Below, piece by piece: positions 20,153 to 32,010 of a stretch of 64,000 nucleotides of DNA. The notes below the pieces were generated by a model. The model was not told the origin of the DNA. It made no database searches and was given only the letters and a program-made list of their open reading frames with translations. The DNA comes from an uncultured Acidimicrobiia bacterium. GTDB lineage: Bacteria > Actinomycetota > Acidimicrobiia > Acidimicrobiales > AC-14. A program made the translations under genes and the position numbers. How positions within the stretch are numbered: position 1 is the first letter of the stretch; every line of letters begins with the position of its first letter. Location: NCBI GenBank assembly GCA_963836205.1, contig CAWIIV010000012.1:96001-160000 (forward strand), in the 5' to 3' direction.

Positions 20153-21267
20153 GTACCGCCGAGACGGCCGAGACGGTCGTGCCCGCGGCCGCGGCCGAGT
20201 CGGTGGCTGTGCCCGCGCCGGCCGGGGCCGGGGCCGGAAAGGGGGAGGCGGAGGCCACGGGCGGGCCGCTGCTGGAGGTCGTCGACCTGGTCAAGCACTT
20301 CCCCGTCCGGGCCGGGATCGTGTTCAAGCACTCCATCGGGTCGGTGAAGGCGGTCGACGGGGTCTCCTTCGCCATCCGCCGCGGGCAGACGTTCGCGGTG
20401 GTGGGCGAGAGCGGGTGCGGGAAGTCGACCACCGCCCGGGCGATCCTCCGCCTGCTCGAGCCGACCTCGGGGTCGGTGCGCTTCGACGGGGAGGATGTGA
20501 CGGGTGCCGGGCCCAGCCGGATGCGCCACCTGCGGCGGGAGATGCAGATGATCTTCCAGGACCCCTACGCCAGCCTGAATCCGAGGATGACCGTCCGCAC
20601 CATCCTGGGCGAGCCGTTCAAGATCCACGGCCTGCCCGAGGAGGGACGGGTCGACGAGCTGCTGTCGTTGGTGGGCCTCTCGCCCGAGCACGCCCGCCGC
20701 TACCCCCACGAGTTCTCCGGCGGCCAGCGCCAGCGGGTGGGCATCGCCCGGGCCCTCGCCCTCGATCCCAAGCTGGTGGTGTGCGACGAGCCGGTGTCCG
20801 CCCTCGACGTGTCCATCCGGGCCCAGGTCCTCAACCTGCTGGAGGACCTTCAGGACCAGCTCGGGTTGACGTACCTGTTCATCGCCCACGACCTGAGCGT
20901 CGTCCGCCACATCGCCGACGAGGTGGCGGTGATGTACCTGGGCGCCATCGTCGAGGTTGCCGGGCGGGACGAGCTGTTCGAGCAGGCCTCACACCCCTAC
21001 ACCCAGGCCCTCATCTCGTCGGTGCCGGTGCCCGACCCCATCCGGGAGCGCAGCCGCAAGCGGATCCTCGTCACCGGCGACCCGCCCAGCCCGGTCAACC
21101 CGCCGAGCGGGTGCCGGTTCCGGACCCGCTGTCCCAAGTTCGCCGACGAGCTGTCGGAGGGCGAGCGCCAACGGTGCGTCGACGAGCGCCCCGCCCTCGT
21201 GGTGCGGGACGGGAGCGCCGGCCATCCGTCGGCCTGCCACTACGCCGAGGCCCGCAAGCTGGTGTAG
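20149..21267 (+). CDS. oppF: Peptide ABC transporter ATPase
   Basis: [27 protein letters not shown]. Confidence 0.9.
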   Translation: MSTAETAETVVPAAAAESVAVPAPAGAGAGKGEAEATGGPLLEVVDLVKHFPVRAGIVFKHSIGSVKAVDGVSFAIRRGQTFAVVGESGCGKSTTARAILRLLEPTSGSVRFDGEDVTGAGPSRMRHLRREMQMIFQDPYASLNPRMTVRTILGEPFKIHGLPEEGRVDELLSLVGLSPEHARRYPHEFSGGQRQRVGIARALALDPKLVVCDEPVSALDVSIRAQVLNLLEDLQDQLGLTYLFIAHDLSVVRHIADEVAVMYLGAIVEVAGRDELFEQASHPYTQALISSVPVPDPIRERSRKRILVTGDPPSPVNPPSGCRFRTRCPKFADELSEGERQRCVDERPALVVRDGSAGHPSACHYAEARKLV

Positions 21268-21331
21268 CGGACCGGAGCCGCCCTCCCGCGGCCGTGGCCG
21301 TCTACTGTGCGCCGGGACTCTACGGGAGGTC

Positions 21332-22666
21332 ACGACCACGGCCAGCCGCCACATCGGTGTTTCCATCTCGGGGGGCGGGCACCGGGCCAGCCTGTTCGGC
21401 CTGGGCGCACTCATCTACCTTGTCGACGCGGGGAAGGGACCCGAGATCTCCTGCGTCTCGTCGGTGTCGGGCGGCTCCATCACCAACGGCTGGGTGGGAC
21501 TCAAGACCGACCTTTACGTGGCCGCGTCGGGCGACTTCCGCTCCGACATCGCCCCGCTGGCCAGGGCGGTCTCCACCGGGGGCACCCTGTGGCGGGCCCC
21601 GCTGACCTGGGCCTATCTGATCCTGATGGGCGCGATCCTGGCGTTGGCAACGGTGCTGTGCTTCCCCCTCGAGGGGGTGGCGGCACTGGCGGTGTGGCTG
21701 GTGGCGTTGGTGGTGGTCGGGTGGCTGGCCCGGCAGCGGGCGCTGGTGGCGGCCCACGCCTTCGACCAGGTTCTGTTCCACGGCGCCGAGCTGGGCCGGC
21801 TGAACCCCAACACCGACCACGTCATCTGCGCCTGCGATCTCCAGTCGGCGGAGGACGTGTACTTCTCCGGACGCTTTGTCCACTCCTACCGGCTGGGCTG
21901 GGGCGTGCCGGGCGACCTGCGCCTGTCGCGGGCCGTCCAGGCCTCGGCCTGCCTGCCGGGTGCCTTCGCCCCGGTGGTGCTGCCGATCGAGCGCCACCGC
22001 TTCTCGCTGGCGGGGGCGGGCGACGAGCCGCTCACCCGCATGCTCCTCACCGACGGCGGCGTCTACGACAACATGGCCACCGAGTGGCCGCTCAACCTGC
22101 GCAGCCGGGCCCGCTCGGGCGCGGCACCCGAGCCGCCGCCCCACGAGGTCGACGAGGTGGTGGTGGTGAACGGCTCGGCCGGTGGCGACGTGACCACTCG
22201 CAGGTCGGTCACCGTGCCCGTGCTGGGCGAGATCACGTCGCTGCTGGCGGTGAAGGACGTCCTGTACGACCAGACCACGGCCGTGCGCCGGCGCCTGCTC
22301 GACGTCCGCTACCGGGCCACCCGGGCCGGGATTCGCGACGACAACGTCCGTCTCGCGGGGGGGACGGTGCAGATCGACCGCTCGCCGTACGAACTGCCCC
22401 GCACCTTCCTCTCCGGGGGCGACGACCTCGCCCGGCGGGCGAAGGCGGCCCTCGAGCGGCTCACCCCTGGCGAGGAGGCGGCGTGGGCCGCCGACGCCGA
22501 TGCCAACCGGCGGGTCAAGACAGCCCTTTCCAAGATCCCGGCCGACCGGGCCGCCCGCATCCTGCGCCAGGCCTACGTGCTGACCATGGTGAACATGCAC
22601 GTGCTCCGGGATTACCCGCTGCTGCCCATCCCGGCCGTCGCCGAGTTCGAGAAACTGGTGGTGTGA
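21332..22666 (+). CDS. Patatin-like phospholipase with two internal hydrophobic helices (start uncertain)
   Basis: SGGGHRA oxyanion loop, SVSGGS nucleophile elbow, TDGGVYDN catalytic Asp; GGAGG is followed by ACG at 21332. Confidence 0.85.
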   Translation, partial: TTTASRHIGVSISGGGHRASLFGLGALIYLVDAGKGPEISCVSSVSGGSITNGWVGLKTDLYVAASGDFRSDIAPLARAVSTGGTLWRAPLTWAYLILMGAILALATVLCFPLEGVAALAVWLVALVVVGWLARQRALVAAHAFDQVLFHGAELGRLNPNTDHVICACDLQSAEDVYFSGRFVHSYRLGWGVPGDLRLSRAVQASACLPGAFAPVVLPIERHRFSLAGAGDEPLTRMLLTDGGVYDNMATEWPLNLRSRARSGAAPEPPPHEVDEVVVVNGSAGGDVTTRRSVTVPVLGEITSLLAVKDVLYDQTTAVRRRLLDVRYRATRAGIRDDNVRLAGGTVQIDRSPYELPRTFLSGGDDLARRAKAALERLTPGEEAAWAADADANRRVKTALSKIPADRAARILRQAYVLTMVNMHVLRDYPLLPIPAVAEFEKLVV

Positions 22667-25616
22667 GCCCGGCCGACGCCGACAGGGATGTCGCCCGGGT
22701 GCTGGCGGGGGTGCTGGCGGCCGGAGGCTTGGGGGTCGACGACGTGTCCGGGGCCGTGGCTGGCGGCCTGCTGGAGGAGGAGATCGGAGTGTCGTCGCGC
22801 TGGATGCCGGGTGAGCTCGGCGGCGACGACCCGACCGGCGTCTACGTGTTCGAGGCCATGCGCCCGGTCGCCCGGTGGACGACCCCGTCCGACGAGCTGG
22901 TGGCCGAGGTGGCCGTGAGGATCGGCGCGGCGAGTGGCCGGCGGTTGGTCAGCCCGGCCCGGGGAGGATGGGGCCGTCCCGTCCTGCGGCTGGCGGTCGG
23001 TGGCCTCGACGACGCGGCCGCGCTTCGTCGCATGGGTTCGGTGGCCGGCCTCCGCCTCGTCCCCCATGTGATGCGGACGGCGCACCGGGTCTCGTGGCGG
23101 TGGCCGCTGCGGGTCGGTGTCCTTGCCGGGCCGAAGGCGACGGAGCACGTCAGCCAGATCACCGGGCACCACGACAACCTCTTCTCCGTAACGATCGTGG
23201 AGCCGTCGTCGGCACCGGTCGAGCTCGAGATCCTCGTCCTTCCCGACGCCGCCGCCGAGGTGCCGGACGGGGTGTGGGCGGCCTGCGTGCTCGTGTCGGG
23301 GGGCGGGGGCGGCGAGGTCGTCCAGCAGGTCGAACGGTTGGACCCGGCCGCGATCGTGATCGCCCAGTCGAGCGACCTGGCCTGGTTCCGCTACCTGATC
23401 GCGGAGCTGTCCCACGACGAGCCCATCGACGTGGCCGTCACCGTGGGCTGCCCGGACGACGTCGTGGTCGTCGCCGACCAGTCCCTCCTCTCCTTGACCA
23501 TGCCGCGGTTCTGGGCCCTGCGATGGATCGAGGAGCTCGACCGACTCGACCCGTCCACCATGGTCGGCGGCACGCCCGTCGGGACCATCGTCGAGGAGAT
23601 GCGGACCCTCGTCGCCGGCGGCAGCTTCCGCTTCGAGAGCGACTCGTCCACCGAATTGTCCGACAAGGTCAGACGGGTGGACCCGGACGGGGTCGGCGAG
23701 CTGACGATCGTTCGCCACCGAGTCGCCATGGCCGAGGCCCTGCCGCCGGACGAGGGGTCCAGCGGGGACGAAGCGACGGCCAACGGCGGCGGTCCCCCGG
23801 CCGGCGAAGGCGACGCCATGGCCGACGGCGGTGATGCGTGGGTCGGCGAGGGCGGCGGTGCCCCACCGGGCGGCGGCGCCCCACCGGGAGGGGGCGCCCC
23901 ACCGGGAGGCGGTGCGCCGGGCGGCGGCGCCCCACCGGGAGAGCGGCGCGCCACCGGGAGGCGGTGCGCCACCGGGAGGCGGCAGGCCGGGCGAGGAGGT
24001 CGATCGGGGCGTCCTCCCGGGCAGCGCCGAAGGCGGCGGCGCCGGCCCGGTGGAGGCCCCGGCACCCGACACCCGCCGGGTGCAGACCCAGTTCGTCGAT
24101 CCCGGCACGAAGAAACCGGTGCCCGACCGGTTCGTGGCCGGTGCCGTCCACCACCTGCGGGTCCGGATCGCAGCCAGGTTGGCGGAGGAGGCGGTGGGGG
24201 CCGACGCACCGTTCGTCAACCCCACGCCGGGACGGGAGGCCGAGCTGCTCGTGGAGGTCATCGCCGGCGACACCCACGCCCGGCGCCAGCTCACCCTCCC
24301 CGCCATCGGCGACTCCAAGTGGACCAGGGTCGTCCCCTTCGTAGTCCCCGCCGACGCGTCCGAGTTCGAGGTGATCGTCCAGATCTGGTTCGCAGGACGG
24401 GTGGTGCAGAGCCTCGTCCTGTCCGGACCGGTCGGCGGGGCCGGGGGCCTCCACCTGAGCGTCGACGCCTCCACCCCCGCGGCCGATGTCCACGACATGA
24501 GCCCGGCCGGCGCCTCCTTCACGATCGTGCCCGGACTCGGGGGCGAGCCCCGGCTCTTCGACCTGGCCCAGGCCAACCTGATCACCTCGGCCGGCATAGC
24601 CCGGGCCGTGGCCGAGGTCCGGTCGGCGCTGCTGGCGGCCTTCCTCGACCCCCCGACCTCGCTGGAAGGCGGCGGCGGGCGTGCTCATCGAGCTGGCCCT
24701 GAGCGGCAGGGATCTCTACCTCCAGCTGCAGGCGGCCACCTACGACGACGCCGAGTGGATCCACGTGTCGTCGTTCGGCGGTGCCGACCTGCCGGTGGAG
24801 CTCGTCTACACCCACCTCGCCCCCGACGATGCCACCGTCCCGGTGTGCCGGCCGGCTCTCGCGGGGGCGTTGGAGTGCGCCGACGACTGTCCCGACAAGG
24901 GCAACTCCGACTGCGTTTGCCCGTTCGGTTTCTGGGCCACCAGCAAGGTGATCGAACGGCGGGCCCACACCGACGGACGCACGAGCCCCACGGCCGGCGC
25001 CCAGCGGTCGGTCCCGATCCTGACCCTGGGTGCGGCCGGGGTGTCGGTGAAGGCCGACGAGGTCGACCCGACGTCGAGCTCTCGCATCCTGACTGCGGTG
25101 GAGTCGGCGGTGGCGGCCGGCGGGTTCCACCGGGTCACGACGTGGGCCGACCTGAAACCGCTGGCCAAGCTCCCGGCCCAGTTGCTCGTCCTCATCACCC
25201 ACACCGTCCCCGGCAACCCGCCGCAGCTCCAGCTCGGAACCGACATCCGTGGCCTTCGCTTCATCGACACGAACTACGTGAACCTGGGGACGCCCCGCGT
25301 CCCGGGGCCGGTGGTGCTGGCCATCGGCTGTGACACCGAGGCCCTGGAGGCGGGTTTCTCCGACTACCCGGGACGGCTGATCGGGGCGGGGGCGGAGGTG
25401 GTGGTGACCGCCATCTCGCCGGTTCCGGGCAAGACGGTGGCCGACTTCGTGGTCCGGTTCTTCGAGGCCCTGCCCGGGTACCTGGCCGCGCCGGGCATCC
25501 ACCGCTTCGGTGAGGTGCTCACCGCCATCCGTCAGCGGACGATCGCCCAGGGCGACGTGCTCGGCCTCGCCCTGGTCGCCGCAGGTGACGCCGACGTCGC
25601 CCTGGTGGGGACCTAA
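22663..25616 (+). CDS. Large protein with a C-terminal CHAT/caspase-like domain; two +1 frameshifts (near 23941 and 24667)
   Basis: Three successive frames join to about 983 aa; LPVELVY, CPFGFW..VIER, LLVLITH (His), AIGCDT (Cys), GAGAEVVVTAISPV, LALVAAGDAD. Confidence 0.72.
23871..23990 (+). repeat. 18-bp tandem repeat encoding GGGAPP (about 7 imperfect copies)
   Basis: GGCGGCGGYGCCCCACCG-like units seen directly. Confidence 0.85.
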
Positions 25617-25622
25617 CGCCCG

Positions 25623-26696
25623 GTGCTCACCGTCGAACTGCTGCCGGCCGGCTACGGCGACGCCGTCCTCGTCACCTACGGCGACCCGGCCACGCCCCAC
25701 CGCCTGCTCGTCGATGGCGGCCAGTCGGGCAGCTTCCCCGCCGTGGCCGCCCGCCTGCGCTCCTTCAACGGGCCCATCGACCTGCTGGTGGTCACCCACG
25801 TCGACACCGATCACGTCGGAGGTGCGGTCCGGCTCCTCGACTCGGGCGCGCTGGCCGCCCGCTTCGGCGGCATCTGGTTCAACGGCTACGTCCACCTCGA
25901 CCGCTTCTCGGGCCTGCTCGGGCCCATCCACGGCGAGCGCCTGACGGACCGGATCGTCAAGCTGGGCCTGCCGTGGAACGAGGGCTGGCCCGATCCGATG
26001 CAGGACGGGATCGGCGGGCCGGTCGTGGTGCGCGACGTCCCCCCGGTGATGGAATTGCCGGGCGGGGCCACCGCCACCGTCCTGTCCCCGACACCCCAGA
26101 AGCTGGCCAGGCTGCTGCGAGTGTGGAAGGAGGTGGTGGAGGCGGCCGGCCTGCGCCCCCGGGTGAAGGCCACCGAGGAGGCGGAGCCGGCGGTGGTGGC
26201 GCCCGGCCTCCTCGGCGGGGTGAGCCTGGCCGACCTGGCCCGACTCCCCACCGGCGCCGACACCGCCGAGGCCAACGGGTCGAGCATCGCCTTCATCTTC
26301 GAGTTCGAGGGGGTCCGGGTCCTCCTCGGGGCCGACGCCCACCCCGACGCCCTCCTCGCCGGGCTCGCCCACCTGGCCGCCGCCGACGGGAAGGTCCGCC
26401 TCGACGCCTGCAAGCTGCCCCACCACGGGAGCAAGGGCAACGTCACCAAGGCCCTGGTCGAGGCCCTCGACTGCCCCCTGTGGTTGGTGTCCACCAACGG
26501 TCGCCGCTTCCACCACCCCGACGACGTCGCCCTGGCCCGGGTGATCTCCGGCGGGCCCGACCGGCGCCTGGTGTGGAACTACCGCAGTGACCGTTTCCAG
26601 GCCTTCACCGCCGACTACCCGCCGGCCACGTCGGGCTACTCGGTCGAGGTCCCCGACGACGGGGTCGAGGGGATCACCGTCCGTCTGGCCGACTGA
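25623..26696 (+). CDS. MBL-fold metallo-hydrolase (ComEC/Rec2-like subgroup)
   Basis: [45 protein letters not shown]. Confidence 0.88.
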   Translation: MLTVELLPAGYGDAVLVTYGDPATPHRLLVDGGQSGSFPAVAARLRSFNGPIDLLVVTHVDTDHVGGAVRLLDSGALAARFGGIWFNGYVHLDRFSGLLGPIHGERLTDRIVKLGLPWNEGWPDPMQDGIGGPVVVRDVPPVMELPGGATATVLSPTPQKLARLLRVWKEVVEAAGLRPRVKATEEAEPAVVAPGLLGGVSLADLARLPTGADTAEANGSSIAFIFEFEGVRVLLGADAHPDALLAGLAHLAAADGKVRLDACKLPHHGSKGNVTKALVEALDCPLWLVSTNGRRFHHPDDVALARVISGGPDRRLVWNYRSDRFQAFTADYPPATSGYSVEVPDDGVEGITVRLAD

Positions 26697-26806
26697 ACCG
26701 CGCTTTTCCCGGACCGGTCGAATCGGGACGGGCGATGTCGTAGAATGGTTGGCGGTCCGCCCCGTGTTCGCGGCCAGGCGTACCACCATTCGAAAGGCTT
26801 CTTCTC

Positions 26807-28633
<1,827 letters not shown>

Positions 28634-28647
28634 AGCAGAGCGACCGC

Positions 28648-28699
28648 AACCGGTGACGTTTTTGGTGCCCCTGAGCCCCGAACGTGTCACCAGTTCGAG
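28648..28699. repeat. REP-like imperfect palindrome, copy 1
   Basis: AACCGGTGAC...GTCACCAGTT; its reverse complement matches 61491-61542 at 41/52 positions by manual alignment. Confidence 0.75.
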
Positions 28700-28716
28700 A
28701 TGGGCGACCGGGCGAC

Positions 28717-29367
28717 TCAGACCCGTCCGGCCCCGGTCTTGAGCGCCCGCCAGGTGTTCCGGCCGACGAACCCGTCGACATCGAGTCCGCGGGATGCCTG
28801 GTAGGCCCGCACCGCCCCGTCGGTGGCCGAGCCGAAGACCCGGAAGTCGTCGCCGGGCTGTTCGAAGCCGGCCCGGTCGAGGAGCTCCTGGAGGTGGCCG
28901 ACGGCCTCGCCCGTCGAACCCAGGAACAGCATGGGCTCCTCCTGGCCGACAGGGGTGACGGGGGTTTTGGTCACGGGTGACGTGGAAACGGTCTCGTCGA
29001 CCGACTGGCACGCGGGACGGACCGCGGCCACGAACTGCCGGTAGGCGCCCGAGGAGAAGATCGACCAGGGGCTGAACGACCGGCCGTGGCCGCTGATCTC
29101 CCAACCCGCCTCCGCGTTGTGGCCGGGATCGCGATTGGCCAGCTCGTCCCGGACGCCGTCCGTGCCCTTCTCCGTCCGGAGAGAGCGGATCTGGAGCAGG
29201 CCCACGCTCGGGCCCCATGTCTCGTCCTGGAGGCCCGTGTCGCCCACCGCATCGGCGTCGAACCCGCTCTCGCCCTTGGCGATGGCCACGATCGTCACCA
29301 GCGCTTCTCCGCTGAACCCCGCCTTGTGGCAGAAACCGGCGACGTCCTCCGCCGACAGCACGCTCAT
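28717..29367 (-). CDS. Lysozyme-like/transglycosylase domain plus peptidoglycan-binding domain protein
   Basis: AIAKGESG, SVGLLQI, FSPWS; C-terminal GSTGEAV..AVRAYQ..GLDVDGFVG. Confidence 0.8.
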   Translation of the reverse strand: MSVLSAEDVAGFCHKAGFSGEALVTIVAIAKGESGFDADAVGDTGLQDETWGPSVGLLQIRSLRTEKGTDGVRDELANRDPGHNAEAGWEISGHGRSFSPWSIFSSGAYRQFVAAVRPACQSVDETVSTSPVTKTPVTPVGQEEPMLFLGSTGEAVGHLQELLDRAGFEQPGDDFRVFGSATDGAVRAYQASRGLDVDGFVGRNTWRALKTGAGRV

Positions 29368-29527
29368 CTCGTCCTCCCCCGATCGCGTTGGGCGATTCGC
29401 GTCGGCCGCCTGGCGAAGGGGAGTCCGCCGTCTCACCTCCGCCAGGGCGGCCGTACATCAAGGAAGAGTCGGACGGGCGGGCCCTGATACATCCCCCCGC
29501 CGAGAAACCCGGCCCGGGGAGTGTTGC

Positions 29528-30820
29528 CTACCTGCGGCGGCGGCGGGCGCCCATGGTCCGCAAGGTGCGGGTGCGGGCCTGGGTGGCGGTGATCGTCGAG
29601 CCGCCGGAGTCGCCGTCGCCGGCGCCGTCGGTGCCCGTGGCCTCGTCGGGCATGGGCGCCCACTCGGGGGACAGCAGCTCGGACAGGCGGGCGTCGTTGG
29701 AGAACAGCTCGACGACCGGCTGGCGGATGCCGAGGCGGCGGCGCATGCGCTCGCTCTCCAGCTGCTGGTCCCAGAGGAGGAGGCTGACGGCCACGCCGGT
29801 GGCGCCCGCCCGGGCGGTGCGGCCCGAGCGGTGGATGTAGGCGGTGTGGTCCTCGGGCGGGTCGTAGTGCACGACCACCTCGATGCCGTCGACGTCGAGC
29901 CCGCGGGCGGCCACATCGGTTGCGACCAGCACGCCGAGCCCGTCCTCCCGGAAGTCGCGGAGGGCGCGCAGGCGGGCGTTCTGGGCCAGGTCGCCGTGGA
30001 GCACGCCGGCCTTGACACCCTCCCGCCGCAGCTGGAGCTCGAGGCGGTCGGCGCCCCGCTTGGTGCGGCAGAAGAAGAGCGTGCGGCCGGCGCCCTTGGC
30101 GATGGCGGCCGCCACCTTCACCTTGTCGAGCTCGTGGACCTTGAGGAAGCGGTGCTCCATCTGCTCCACCGTCGGCTGCACCGACTCGACTTCATGGCGG
30201 ACCGGGTCGTTGGTGTAGCTGCGCACCAGGCGGTCGATCTCGGAGTCGAGGGTGGCGGAGAAGAGCATGGTCTGGTGCTCGGAGGCGATGCGGTCGAGCA
30301 GCCACACCACCTGGGGCATGAAGCCCATGTCGGCCATTCGGTCGGCCTCGTCGAGGACGAGAACCCGCACGTCGGCCACCGACACGTCGCCCCGCTGGCA
30401 GAGGTCGATGAGGCGGCCGGGGGTGGCGACGACGACGTCGTGGCCCTTGCGGACGGCCTTGATCTGGCGGTCCATCGGGGTGCCCCCGAACACGGCCGTC
30501 ACCGAGCGGTCGGCGGCGTGGCCCAGGGGGATGAGGACGTCGCGCACCTGCACCGCCAGCTCCCGGGTGGGGACGAGGATGAGGCCCGTGGGCCGGCCCG
30601 GCTTGGCCTTGGGGACGGTCATGAGGAGGGGGAGGCCGAAGGCCAGGGTCTTGCCCGACCCGGTCTTGGCCTTGCCGCACACGTCGCGGCCGGTGAGGGC
30701 GTCGGCGATGGTGAGGGCCTGGATGGGCAGGGGAGTGGTGATGCCGGCCGTCTGGAGGGCGGTGACGAGACGGGGCGACACCCCCAGCCCAGCGAACGTG
30801 GGCGCGTCGGAGGTGCTCAT
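29528..30820 (-). CDS. DEAD-box RNA helicase
   Basis: AKTGSGKT, PTRELA, TPGR, DEAD, SAT, ARGLD, HRSGRTAR. Confidence 0.95.
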   Translation of the reverse strand: MSTSDAPTFAGLGVSPRLVTALQTAGITTPLPIQALTIADALTGRDVCGKAKTGSGKTLAFGLPLLMTVPKAKPGRPTGLILVPTRELAVQVRDVLIPLGHAADRSVTAVFGGTPMDRQIKAVRKGHDVVVATPGRLIDLCQRGDVSVADVRVLVLDEADRMADMGFMPQVVWLLDRIASEHQTMLFSATLDSEIDRLVRSYTNDPVRHEVESVQPTVEQMEHRFLKVHELDKVKVAAAIAKGAGRTLFFCRTKRGADRLELQLRREGVKAGVLHGDLAQNARLRALRDFREDGLGVLVATDVAARGLDVDGIEVVVHYDPPEDHTAYIHRSGRTARAGATGVAVSLLLWDQQLESERMRRRLGIRQPVVELFSNDARLSELLSPEWAPMPDEATGTDGAGDGDSGGSTITATQARTRTLRTMGARRRRR

Positions 30821-30989
30821 GGGGTGCGTGGGTGCTCCTGTTCGATGTCTAGGACGGTGGGTCGTCCCGGCATCGCTGGGGACCGCAGGCGGCGGCCAGC
30901 AGGAGGAAGGATGACCCCGGACACGACCCACTAGGCCGCATCCGCCTCCCAGTGTAGCTGGCACCGCCACCCAAGGTGCCCATCCCGAT

Positions 30990-31871
30990 GTGAGTTTCCT
31001 CACGCGAAGTGGTAAGCACCATGGCGTGAGGCGAGTGACCGGTGTCCTCGGCCTGGCGGGGGCCCTCGTTCTATCCGTGCTGCTGGTGGTCCCGACGGGG
31101 GCAGGTGCGTTCACCCCACCCGCCAACCGGTGGGCCCTGCTGATCGGTGTCGACCAGCACCAGGGAGGCACCCGTTCCAACTTCGGGGGCAAGGCCGACG
31201 TCGCCGACATGCGGGAGGCGCTGATCCGCAACGGGTTCCCGGCCGACCACATCCGGACGCTCACCGACGGAGGGGCCAAGGCGGCCGACGTCCGGGCCGG
31301 GCTGGCGTGGCTGGTGGCCAACAGCAACCCGAGCACCTTCTCCGTGTTCTCGTTCTCCGGCCACGTCCTGCAGCGGGGGACCACCGAGTACCTGTGGCCC
31401 AGCGACAACGCCCACATCCCCGACACCGAGCTGGCGGCGTCGTTCAAGGCCATCCAGGGGCGGGCGTGGATCAACATCGCCGGCTGCGAGGCGGCCGGCT
31501 TCGACGAGGGGGTGGCTGGGCCCACCCGCCTGTTCACGGCCGCGTCACAGGCCAACGAGAAGGGCTACGAGCTGCCGTCGGCCAACGCGTCGGTGTTCTC
31601 CATGTACATGGTGCGCCGGGGGATGCTCTCGGGGGAGGCCGACTTCAACCGCGACGGTCGGGTGTCGGTGCAGGAGGGCTTCCGCCTGGCTGCGGAGAAG
31701 GCGCCCGCGTTCACCGCCACCCAGGCCCAGGGTCCGCAGCACCCCTACATCGCCGGCGGCTTCGGCGAGCTCTTCCTCGACGATCCGTTCCCGGTAGGCC
31801 CTCCCGTCGCGCCCGGAGCTCCCGCGGCACCGGCCCAGATCTGCTTCCTGATCTTCTGTCGCCCGGCGTAG
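30990..31871 (+). CDS. Secreted caspase-family (C14-like) peptidase
   Basis: Signal peptide, WALLIGVD, FSGH, AGCEAAG, EF-hand-like DFNRDGRVSVQE. Confidence 0.75.
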   Translation: MSFLTRSGKHHGVRRVTGVLGLAGALVLSVLLVVPTGAGAFTPPANRWALLIGVDQHQGGTRSNFGGKADVADMREALIRNGFPADHIRTLTDGGAKAADVRAGLAWLVANSNPSTFSVFSFSGHVLQRGTTEYLWPSDNAHIPDTELAASFKAIQGRAWINIAGCEAAGFDEGVAGPTRLFTAASQANEKGYELPSANASVFSMYMVRRGMLSGEADFNRDGRVSVQEGFRLAAEKAPAFTATQAQGPQHPYIAGGFGELFLDDPFPVGPPVAPGAPAAPAQICFLIFCRPA

Positions 31872-32010
31872 GGGACGCCGTCGGCGGCTGGTGCCGCGGC
31901 GCCGCCGGTCGGGCCGGTACCATCTACCCGAGGTCGGCGGATCGGATCGGACGCACTTCGTCGGGGGGACGCATGGCGACTTTCGACGGCGGGTGGTCGG
32001 GATGTTGGCG

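Noticed and set aside
21307-24702. 1131-aa ORF as a single protein
   Set aside because: The first part is an off-frame overlap of the patatin and the end is post-frameshift junk; only about 22663-23940 looks coding.
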